64,000 nt of DNA from Eledone cirrhosa (taxonomy: Eukaryota), in assembly GCA_964016885.1 (NCBI GenBank), contig OZ024743.1, forward strand, positions 89,962,001 to 90,026,000, read 5' to 3'. Below are positions 53,308-64,000 of the stretch, in pieces. The notes under the pieces are model-generated. The model was not told where the DNA came from, did not search any database, and was given only the letters and a program-made list of their open reading frames with translations. Within the stretch, counting starts at the first letter, position 1. Each line of letters begins with the position of its first letter. The translations under genes and the position numbers were made by a program.

Positions 53308-53952
53308 TTCAGTAATGTGCCTCATTGAGATCTGCGCCCTAAAAAGCTGTCTAGTTGGCCTTAATGACAGCGCCATAACTGCCCATACATTTAATGTTCT
53401 GTAATGTGCCTCACTGAGTTTTGCGTCCTAAACAGCTGTCTAGTTGGCCTTAATAAGAGTGCTGGTACTAGCTACATTTGAACTGAGGTACTCTGTCGGT
53501 TACGACGGAACAGCCTGCTCGTGGAATTAACGTGCAAGTGGCTGAACATTCCACAGACACGCGTGCCCTTAACGTAGTTCTTAGGGAGATTCAGCGTGAC
53601 ACAGAATGTTCACTAATGTGCCTCACTGAGCCCTTTGCCCTAAAAAGCTGTCTAGTTGGCCTTAATGATAGCGCCGGAACTGCCCATACATTTAATTGTT
53701 TCTACTTTTGGCACAAAGCCAGCAATTATACCAGTGTATTACTGGTACTTTATTTTATCGACCCCGTAAGGATGAAAGGCAAAGTTAACCTCGGCGAGAT
53801 TTGAACTCAGTCCATAAAGGGACGTAACTGTGTTGCAACCCTCTACCGATACTGCCAATCCACTGTTCAGTAATGTGCCTCAGTGAAGTCTGCGCCCTAA
53901 GCAGCTGTCTAGTTGGCTTTAATGACAGCGCCGGAACTGCTCATACATTTAT
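53308..53952. repeat. Four ~88-bp direct repeats separated by inserted repeat fragments
   Basis: Units ttcagtaatgtgcctca...gctgtctagttggccttaatga...catacattta at about 53308, 53397, 53609 and 53866. Confidence 0.8.
53692..53865 (-). mobile_element. Nin-domain SINE
   Basis: Same family as 10573-10762. Confidence 0.8.
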
Positions 53953-54029
53953 AACTGATTACTAAAATGTTTCATGGGTAGGTTGAGATGGGGAGAGTGA
54001 GAGAGATGGAGGCAGTGACAATGGGAATA

Positions 54030-54208
54030 TTGGCAGCATCGGTAGAGGGTCGGACGCCATGCTTTCCAGCATAGTTACGTCCCTTTACTATCTGAGTTCA
54101 AATCTCGCCGAGGTTGACTTTGCCTTTCATCCTTACGGGGTCGATAAAATAAAGTACCAGTGATGCACTGGGTAATTGCTGGCCTTGTGCCTAAAGTAGA
54201 AACAATTA
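54030..54208 (+). mobile_element. Nin-domain SINE
   Basis: Nearly identical to 49145-49306. Confidence 0.8.
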
Positions 54209-54223
54209 TGTTCAGACCTAATA

Positions 54224-54297
54224 TATTGGGTCAAGTATGAAATTTGTAGTAATTTGTTGTTTTTTTTTCTACAAATTTCATACTTGCCGACCCAATA
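54224..54297. mobile_element. Tiny mariner-type MITE (MADE-like)
   Basis: tattgggtc..aagtatgaaatttgtag / ctacaaatttcatacttg..gacccaata, with TA flanks. Confidence 0.7.
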
Positions 54298-56613
54298 TAT
54301 GTATATATTTATTTGACATTCGAGAGTATAAAGATTTCTCTTTTTCGATCTCTTCAATTTTTACATTAATATTTATCAGAATCGCTCGCTCTCATCCCAT
54401 ACCTGAGGGTTGGGGGTCATGGACTTATAGACCAGCACTCTCCGTCTTTTCCTGTCTCTTGCCATTGACGTACATTCCACCAAACTCCTTCCTGTCCATT
54501 CCTTAATATCATCTGCCCATCTCCTTTTCTGCCGTTCTCTGGCCCTTTTCCTTTGTAATCACCCCTCAATAGACGCAGGGAAATATAGTTTTTTTTATTT
54601 TTTTTGTTTTCTATCACTCTTCAACGTTTGTAATAGCGGTCTTCATTTCGCTTGTAGATTTTTACCTATACCCAACCTTGCCAGGGGTCTGCTTTTGCCA
54701 TTATCTAATGATTCCCAACATTCCAAAGGAGTTCTCTTCTCTGTGATGTGGTTTCGGGTGCAGTTCCATTATACGGCAAGTTGGGCTATAGTAGATTGCC
54801 TTCTACTATAGCCTCGCGTTAACCACTGCTTTGTCAGGGAAATTTGGTAAACGGAAATTGCAGAAGCCCGTTATATATATGTGTGTGTGAGCGTGTGTGT
54901 GTGTGTGTGTGTGCGTGCGTATGAATGTGTGAGTGTGAGTATGCGTGTGTATGTGTGAGTGTATGCGTGTGCGTGTGTGCGTGTGAGTGTATGTGTGTGT
55001 ATGCGTGTGTGTGTGTGTGTGCGTGCGTGTGCGTGTGTGAGTGCGAGTGTTGTGTGTGTGGTGTGTGCGTGCGTACACGCGTGTGCGTGTTTACGCTTGT
55101 GTCTGCACTCATGTTTATGTTACGTAACTTAGCGGTTCGACAAAAAGAGATCGACAAAATATGTGCTGGGTTTGAAAAAAATATACCCAGAAATCGATGT
55201 GATTGACTTTAACGCGGTGCTCCAGCATGGCTGCAGTCAAATGACTGAAACCAATAAACCAGTAAACCAATAAAAGAATAGTTTGTTTTGTTTAGTTCAA
55301 TAACCCAGTAACAATATTATCGATTGTTTTCTCTCTGTCACCACTAGAACAAAAGGATGGTGATGGTCATCTAAAAAACATGGCGTAATAAGGCTGTTAG
55401 CTTGTAAATGAATCAAATATTATAACTATTCGATATAATACTCACGAATGCATTGTTTTGTTTCGTTTATTTCTTTAAGCAGAAACCAATCTCGTAAGGC
55501 CCAATAGTTTATACATGTGACCCTTTTATCTAGGAGCAGGACTGGACAAAGAATAAAAACTCAATTGTTATTGCGTGTGGAACCTTCAAGAAATACTTCA
55601 ACTTCATTTCACTTTATCTCTCTCTCCTAGCATTGCCTGAATAACACACAACTACAATGACTACAAAACCTACAATATAAAAAATGTTGCTTGAGATATA
55701 TTAGAAGTAAAAGAGAAATGTAACAAATGTTGTGGGTATATATTATATGTTGACAATCCCCAAGGAAAAGATTGCAGTCAAATAAGTTGAACTTAACCAA
55801 TATTTCTTGATTTTACTTCCATATCTGGCTTATATATATCTGTTGTTTGCTTCTTTCTTGTTGTAGTTTTGTTGTTGTTTTGGGTTGTTGTTGTTTTCTG
55901 GAAGTGAGAACCATTTAATTTTGTTTAAATAACACACCTAAATTCTTTTAAAAAAAAAATTCTTGAATTTTGTCGGTAGAAATAGGGAGCTGTTCGTTTG
56001 ACATTTTACTTCCTGTTTTAGTGGGAAACACGTTCCATTAAGAAGGAAATGGTAAAATATATAATGCCAAACACTACCATCTCTCTCTCTATATATATAT
56101 GTGTGTGTGTGTATGTGTGTGTGTGTCTATCTATCTATCTATCTCTAGTCCCATGCTGTGGTCTTAACCTCTGTCAGTGTCCCATGCTGCGGTCACTCCC
56201 GACAGAGTCACTAACCTCTGTCACAGTCCCATACTGTGGTCACTCCCGACATACCACTGTCCTAGAATCCCTCGTCTTCATGGTGGGTCCATAGATACTA
56301 TTTCTACATGGTGTATCTTAATCAAAACCTTAAAGTGCCAATGCTCCACCAGAATTTCTATTTCTAATTACAGTATTCTATTACAGAAATACAAGCTACT
56401 CATGTCATGCAGAACAAATGATGTGGCCACGGTTGATTACATGGCTAGGCTCCATTACACTTTGATAATCAGATTTGTAAAAAAAAAACAGCTCTGAAGT
56501 AATAGCTGCTTCAAAATAAAAGCAATTCAAAGTTAATATACTTAGAGATATCCACTGAACGTTGCTTTTTATTTTCGCCATAATGTGCAAAGGGCAGGAA
56601 ATATATAATAGAT

Positions 56614-56689
<76 letters not shown>

Positions 56690-56827
56690 TTATTCAATAC
56701 GCCTACTGATATATATATAATTTATTCAATACGCCTATTTATATATATATATTATATATATGTATATATATATTATATATATATATATGTATATATATAT
56801 GTATATATATATTATATATATATTATA

Positions 56828-56887
<60 letters not shown>

Positions 56888-56898
56888 CAATACGCCTA

Positions 56899-56979
<81 letters not shown>

Positions 56980-57106
56980 CGATATAAATAATGTTGATAG
57001 ATATATAGAAAGATAGATAGATAGAAAGATAGATAGACGGATAATATTCAATACGTGTGTGTATACAGGCATATCGAATACGATATATATATGTATGTGT
57101 GTGTAC

Positions 57107-57166
<60 letters not shown>

Positions 57167-57180
57167 GGGGGGGGTGTATG

Positions 57181-57226
<46 letters not shown>

Positions 57227-57404
57227 TATTATAAGTGGGCGTATGAAACAAATGATTAGGGATCGGGAGGAATCATGCGTATGTTTCTTTGATGTAACAA
57301 GGTCAATTGGAATTTTGGAATTATTACAAAAATGGTAACGTAACTGGTATGTGTGGGCGGGTTGCAGGGTAAAAGTGTTAATGGGAATAACTTTGATTAT
57401 TGAA

Positions 57405-57612
57405 TAATACATACATACATACATTTATACATACATATATACTGTACATCCATATATACATATATACATTTATACATATATACATACATACATACATACA
57501 TACATTTATACATATATACATACATACATACATACATATATACATACATACATACATACATATATACATACATACATACATATATACATACATACATTTA
57601 TACATACATACA

Positions 57613-57646
<34 letters not shown>

Positions 57647-58130
57647 CATACATACATTTATACATACATACATACATACATGTATACATACATACATACA
57701 TACATGTATACATACATACATACATACATACATGTATACATACATACATACATACATACATACATTCATACATTTATACATACATACATACATACATACA
57801 TTCATACATACATTTATACATACATTCATACATACATGCATACATACATACATTCATACATACATTCATACATACATACATACATACATTCATACATACA
57901 AAAATTTGTGAAATTATAAAACCAGAAAAGATACATACATATATACTGTACATACATATATACATATATACATACATACATTTATACATACATACATACA
58001 TACATACATACATACATACATACATACATACATACATACATACATACATACAAAAATTTGTGAAATTATAAAACCAGAAAACATACATACATATATACTG
58101 TACATACATATATACATATATACATACATG
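57405..58130. repeat. (TACA)n array with a duplicated unique insert (about 57900 and 58051)
   Basis: Directly visible. Confidence 0.9.
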
Positions 58131-58716
58131 ATGGCTGCCCCCTCTTTATCGAGTATGGCCATTGCACGATATACCATTATTAATAATTATTAATTAATGC
58201 TAGCGTGCAATGCCTGTACATGAAGATATTTTTTAAAGTGAGGAAAGACTGTGCACTGAGCCAATCCCTCTCTCTGAGTGACAGTAACTATAACTCGAAA
58301 AGAAGAAAAGATCACCATCATCGGTCGGTAACTACTGAGCCGCAGGTTTTATATCGGAGTTATCCCAGTTTCCTGAGTTGCCTTCTCCTAGAAGAATGCC
58401 CTGACAAAGGCTAGGGGTCCTTCACTCCCAGTGGTTTAACTGCATGGTACATGTGTATATACATATTTACACACTTTCGGATGGCCGTTGACTCTTCCGC
58501 TTAATAATTGTTGCGAAACAGATTTAGAATCTGTCCGGGTATCAACGGCGATTGCCGAATATAGGTTTGTTATTTTTATGATTTATTACTTTAAATCGAG
58601 ACAGGCAAACCATATTATTTTAAATTAGTATTTTTCAACCTAGCTAACTTGGTCATTTGCAATTCGAACACATGTATACTTGTATCGGTGTTCATCACTC
58701 TCATATATTTATAAGT

Positions 58717-58788
<72 letters not shown>

Positions 58789-58888
58789 CATTATCGGAGA
58801 AAGCTAATAGCGATACTCCGGCCAAATCCCAACTCACTCAACAAACATTAGGAAATAAGTGAGTATATTCCTAATTATAATATATAAT

Positions 58889-59505
58889 ATAATATAACTG
58901 AACAAAAAAGAAAAACGAACACAGACATATACATATATGTGTTGCTAACTCAATATATGCCTTTGATATATTCGGCTCCGTTAATTCGTCGAGCTAATTC
59001 AAATGTCGAGTAAACCCGGCAGCTATTTTTAGTGGTGTGAGTCTGCGAGACATGCTAAGTTCTGATACCATGTGCGTTGTTATATATACGCACACTATCC
59101 AGTTTTTTAATATACTTAGAAGTGACGAAGATACTAATAATTCTTCACCCGCTGATGAGCAAGGATTTGGAAATCCTCTTTACAATTAATATTGCGAAAC
59201 AGTATTATCAAAACTGTCCGGGTGATTGATAGTTACCACAACTCTGGTTTGTATTTATTTTCTTGATATATTCTTAAATTGAGTCTGGCAAACCCTATTG
59301 TCTATAGTTAGTATTCTCTTCACCTTAGCAAATCTGGTCCCTTACGATTTGAACACATATATGTATGTCTGTGTTCGTTTTTCTTTTTTGTTCAGTTATA
59401 TTATACGGCTCGAAAAAATCTCTTTTCTAGAGCTAATTTATCGTAAGAGACTATTTTGAGTTTCTAACTTAATATATGCCTTTGATATATATATATATAT
59501 ATATA
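58889..59505 (+). mobile_element. Non-coding retrozyme-like element: inverted 5' piece plus a ~520-nt terminally redundant unit with a canonical hammerhead, ending in (TA)n
   Basis: 58889-58943 is the reverse complement of 59352-59404. A 27-nt direct repeat lies at 58945-58971 and 59464-59490. HHR at 59145-59225. No ORF. Confidence 0.65.
59145..59225 (+). ncRNA. Canonical type I hammerhead ribozyme
   Basis: tcacccg-CUGAUGA-gcaa[ggattt(gg)aaatcc...]ttgc-GAAA-cag(tattatcaaaa)ctg-UC-cgggtga. Perfect 7-bp stem I, intact core, GUC cleavage triplet. Confidence 0.9.
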
Positions 59506-59923
59506 CACAACTGAATTCATTCGCCTAATATAGGTGTTGCCTCCCTTGCTGAACCCCACGTGGGGTCAGTTACAGACACATTTATGTGGACTTTCGAACT
59601 GAATCCCGTTGACAACGCGCACTCCCAGTTCAGTCTTGATACAAGAAACTTAACATCCTTTATGTAAGTGGACAGTAAATGACTTATGGAGCCGCAGAAA
59701 CCCAAACACTGGACTTTACCATTATATTTTTTTATATATTTTTATATCTGTATATCTGTTTGACCCGCTGTGTGGATGATTAGTTTAACCACCATCTCAG
59801 TGTGTTTGGCCTTTAACGTAAGTTGTAAGCTCTAATTCATATGAATTATAGAGCGCTTGCCTCACAACTCGAAAGTGATTCTCGTTAATTCATGGGCTGA
59901 AATTCGATTCTCGCTCATTTTTA

Positions 59924-59984
<61 letters not shown>

Positions 59985-59991
<7 letters not shown>

Positions 59992-62257
59992 TAACAGATT
60001 AAAGTTTAAGCAAAGAATCGCTCTTTGCATTTTAGTCTTCAAATTTATTATTATTATTATTATTATTTATTATTATTACTATATATATATATAATAATGC
60101 ACATAATAGAATGGTTTACGATATTACCTGAGAAAAGTAGGACCAGCTTTATCCAACTGGATATTGCTGGCTACTACTCCTCAATCTCGCCCATAGTGCT
60201 TAATAAGGCTCTTATTTTAGCGATGTCCAATACGGACCTAACCCGCGAGGAGGTGGGCATCATCCACGCCGCCCGAAAGACCTTGATCCGTTTCGTTGGG
60301 TACCTTTGGACCAGGAGTGATTGGCCAAATAACTTTGACATCACGGTGGGCTCCAGCGACTCCGCACAGGTAACGGACCTGGTTAGGCTCTTCCTGCTGA
60401 AGCAAATAAAAGAAGAAATCACCTGCCTGGGCGGCGGATTGTATCGTGACGATGCTCTCTTCACAGTCTATGACCACAGCACCACTATGGTGGGGAGAAT
60501 GAAGAGGCGAATTAGGCATTTCTTTAAGAACCATGGGCTCAGTATCAAACTAGACCCAAGTAGAAAGGTAGTCAACTTCCTAGACACCACCCTAAACCTG
60601 AGCACTGAGCAATAATACTCCTATCACAAGCCCAACGAGAAACTGGTATATGTTAACGCCAATACAAACCACCCTAGATCCATAATTAAGGCCGTAGTCA
60701 AGAATGTCTTAGACAGGATCTCCAACCTGTCCGCCAATAAGGAGATCTCCGATAGCAACGCAGAGTATTACAACGCAGCTCTAAATAAGGCGGCGCATGG
60801 CCAAAATATATCTTACAATCCGAAGCGCCATGATAGGGATAGCCCATCAGACCCCCCGAACCACGGTATCCGGGAGGAGGGGACCCTAACAGTACAGGCA
60901 GAGTGGAAACCACTAAACACTGTGAAACCGACGCCAGCACATTAGCGAAAAGGACGTGTACGTCTAGCCATGGGAGGAAACCCAGTACGAGTAGCGGTCT
61001 CACGGGGTTTACTAACCACCCCGGGACCGACGCCCCCATCCACAAGACACGAAGCGGGACGGATGGAGGATCATCCCATTGTAGAACTCCCAGCGTGGCC
61101 AACAACCACTCCACGGGTCGGGAAGCTAGCAAAACACATAGCGCCCAAAGGGTGATCAATAATGCGGGAACCACTAGCAACCCAACAACTCCCCAACAGC
61201 CCACAGCACGCTCAACCCACCCACATAGGAATAGACGTAGAAAAATCACGTGGTACAACCCACCCTACTCAGCGGGCCTAAAGAACAGCCTGGCCCGGTC
61301 ATTCTTTAGAGCACTAGATAAATGCTTCCCGAGGGACCATAAATACCACAAGATCTTCAACAGACACACTGTGAAGCTCTCGTATTCTACCACGTGCAAT
61401 GTAGCCCAGCACATAGCTAGCATCAATAGGGGTAGACTTAGAAGCTACACACAACCAGAAGCTGGCAATATAAGCACCCAGCAGAGCCATGTGGAGGGAA
61501 GGAAGGGTGGACCCAGTACCCACCTTGGGAACCCAAACAGACCCAGCCCCCCCCCCCCCCCCACCGGGCCCAGCAGAAGACCACCCTATAATACGCAACA
61601 GGAACCCCACATTAGGCACTCGGGGGTCGACCACCTCCTGCAACTGCAGAATCCCCACATTATGCCCTCTTAGTAATGAATGCCTAAGGAAGAACTTAAT
61701 ATACGGATGTAGAGTAAAAAAAACCCAACTCTGAGCACCTTTACATAAGAGCCACATCAACCAGCTTCAAAGACCGATGGTATAACCATCGCCATTCCTT
61801 TAATAGGGAGGACAAAGGAAAAGTACGGCTCTTTCCGAACTGATCTGGAAGTTCAAGCTGGACAGGACCCCGTACTTTCTGGCCTGGTCCAAAATCAGGA
61901 AAGTACCACCTGATAGAGGGGGATCTGGCATCTGCAAACTATATCTGATCGAGACTCTCGAGATACTCAGCGGTGGAAGCAGCCTAATAAACCTCATGAC
62001 TGACTTCTTCGGTACATGTAGACACCTCAGGGCCGGGACCTTCCTCAAACTATATGGACAATAACAACACATTGGGATGGGAACTTCCCTCAAGCTATAG
62101 GGATAGTAGCCCCGCCACACCGAGCGCAAAGTAAACCACCCCTACATACTCACCACCCCTACTCCTGCCTCGATCGACTCCTATAGCAACACATACGTAT
62201 ACATATGTCCATACATAGATACTGTTGTTTAAAATTATACATACATAGATACTTGCA

Positions 62258-62260
<3 letters not shown>
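59985..62260 (+). mobile_element. Decayed 5'-truncated PLE, preceded by an inverted family C terminus (59985-60060)
   Basis: FIQLDIAGYYSSI, ITVGSSDSAQVTDLV, GGGLYRDD, VNFLDTTL, RKITWYNPPYS, CNCRIPTLCPL, NLIY. Several stops and frameshifts. Confidence 0.9.
60100..62065 (+). pseudogene. PLE RT-GIY-YIG pseudogene
   Basis: The ORF pieces 60025-60615, 60903-61673 and 61489-61734 are colinear with the ORF at 4818-6192. Confidence 0.88.
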
Positions 62261-62544
<284 letters not shown>

Positions 62545-62560
62545 GTATGTGTGTATATAA

Positions 62561-62592
<32 letters not shown>

Positions 62593-63321
62593 CATATGGA
62601 ATGCACTTGAGCCTGTGTTTGTGCGTGTGTGCTTGCAACGATGTGCGTTGACATACACTCATATGTACTTTATGCCGAAATAGGAACTGTAGTCCTTTGC
62701 ATTTCCGGATTTTGACACTCAGGTTCTGGTGTTTTACACTCCACTTTTATCTCATTTGCTCTTAAAACACATCACTCGATGATAAAATAAGAATTGTAAT
62801 TCTTTACACTTCTCGATTCTGACACAGGTTTTCTACTTCAGTTAATATTTTTCAAATCTTTCAAATTTTGATATTGTTTGTAACACACGCATTTTTTTAT
62901 TTTTTTATTTGTTTGGCACCCCCCACCACGTGAAATGGTGGCAGGATAGATGCCAACTTACACACACAAATCCTTCTGAACATAGCAGCAGCACACTAAA
63001 GCTGAACTGCCAGCTGACCCCTTAACACCACTACCACTACCAACACAGTGGACGAGGTCAGCTGTACTTAAACAAAAAAAACTACAACAGATTGTCTTGC
63101 CTCAGAAAAATTTCTATAGACTTTTGACTGATGAATGTTCTCACAACTGACCAATGGGATGTGAGAGTGTCCTATGACGCCGAAATTCGTTTGTTCTAAC
63201 CCATATGATTCCAGTTCCTCAGAGAAATAACAACACAACCAGGAGCTGGACATATCGATCTACTGACAGAGTAAAACACACTTCAACAACATGTGTACCT
63301 GTCTTTCCCACACCAATTCGG

Positions 63322-63376
63322 ACCGCCTGAAGAGGTCACAGCCAATGATAGCTGTCACCGAAATATATATAGCAGT
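63322..63376 (+). ncRNA. Minimal type I hammerhead motif
   Basis: accgc-CUGAAGA-ggtcacagc(caatgata)gctgtcacc-GAAA-tatata-UA-gcagt. Confidence 0.7.
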
Positions 63377-63640
63377 ATATCTATAATTTATAATAAACGA
63401 AGCCAAATTTTACATATTTGACTTAATTATTTTACATTACTCCGGAGTAAACAAACCAACCTGTGTACTTCGTCGAGTACTCCAATCTGCATACTGAGGT
63501 GTCGGTAAACAACCAACCATACACTAAAAATATATATATATATATATATATATGGCGTTGTCATTTGACGTCTTTGAAGAGAGCAGTGGCCTTTGACACA
63601 CACACACACACAAGTTTGTTTGTGTGCGTGTGTATCTATC

Positions 63641-63737
<97 letters not shown>

Positions 63738-63795
63738 TATAAAATAAAATAAAGTTAAATAAAAGTCAAATGATTAAAATTTACCTTCGTTTATT

Positions 63796-63850
63796 ACTGC
63801 TATATATATTTCAGTGACAGCCATCTTTGGCTGTGACCTCTTCAGGCAGT
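63796..63850 (-). ncRNA. Minimal type I hammerhead motif (same family, opposite strand)
   Basis: actgc-CUGAAGA-ggtcacagcc(aaagat)ggctgtcact-GAAA-tatata-UA-gcagt, with perfect stem I. Confidence 0.72.
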
Positions 63851-64000
63851 TTGAATTAGTATGGTATAGACAAGTACATATGTTGTTTAGGTGTATAATA
63901 TTGTCAATACTCTGATATGCCCAGTTCCTTGTTGGGCTGTTAATTCACTGAGGAACTGGAGTCATATGAATTCAAACAAACGAATTTCAGTGTCAAAGGT

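Noticed and set aside
60100-62065. Possible selenocysteine or readthrough recoding in the PLE ORF
   Set aside because: The interruptions include a TAA stop and frameshifts, consistent with ordinary decay. The two open PLE frames contain no in-frame TGA.

Overview
This is AT-rich, microsatellite-saturated animal genomic DNA. The SINE families suggest a cephalopod, probably an octopod; this is an inference from repeat recognition. I find no convincing host protein-coding exon, and nearly all ORFs in the track are artefacts of simple repeats. The window is dominated by retroelements. There are five 5'-truncated Penelope-like elements (PLEs, RT + GIY-YIG) from two clades. There are many short PLE-end and non-coding derivatives sitting in (TA)n tracts, often as inverted repeats. 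There are also R4/Dong-like and CR1-like LINE tails, Nin-domain tRNA SINEs, mariner/hAT/piggyBac remnants and several minisatellites. The main hidden signal is about 20 full, partial or degenerate type I hammerhead ribozyme (HHR) motifs from roughly nine sequence families. They include one fully canonical HHR (59145-59225) inside a ~520-nt, terminally redundant, non-coding, retrozyme-like unit, and core variants (U3:A8, U4C). Truncation and inversion junctions recur in or next to the ribozyme stem II. All base pairings were read by eye and repeat boundaries are approximate.
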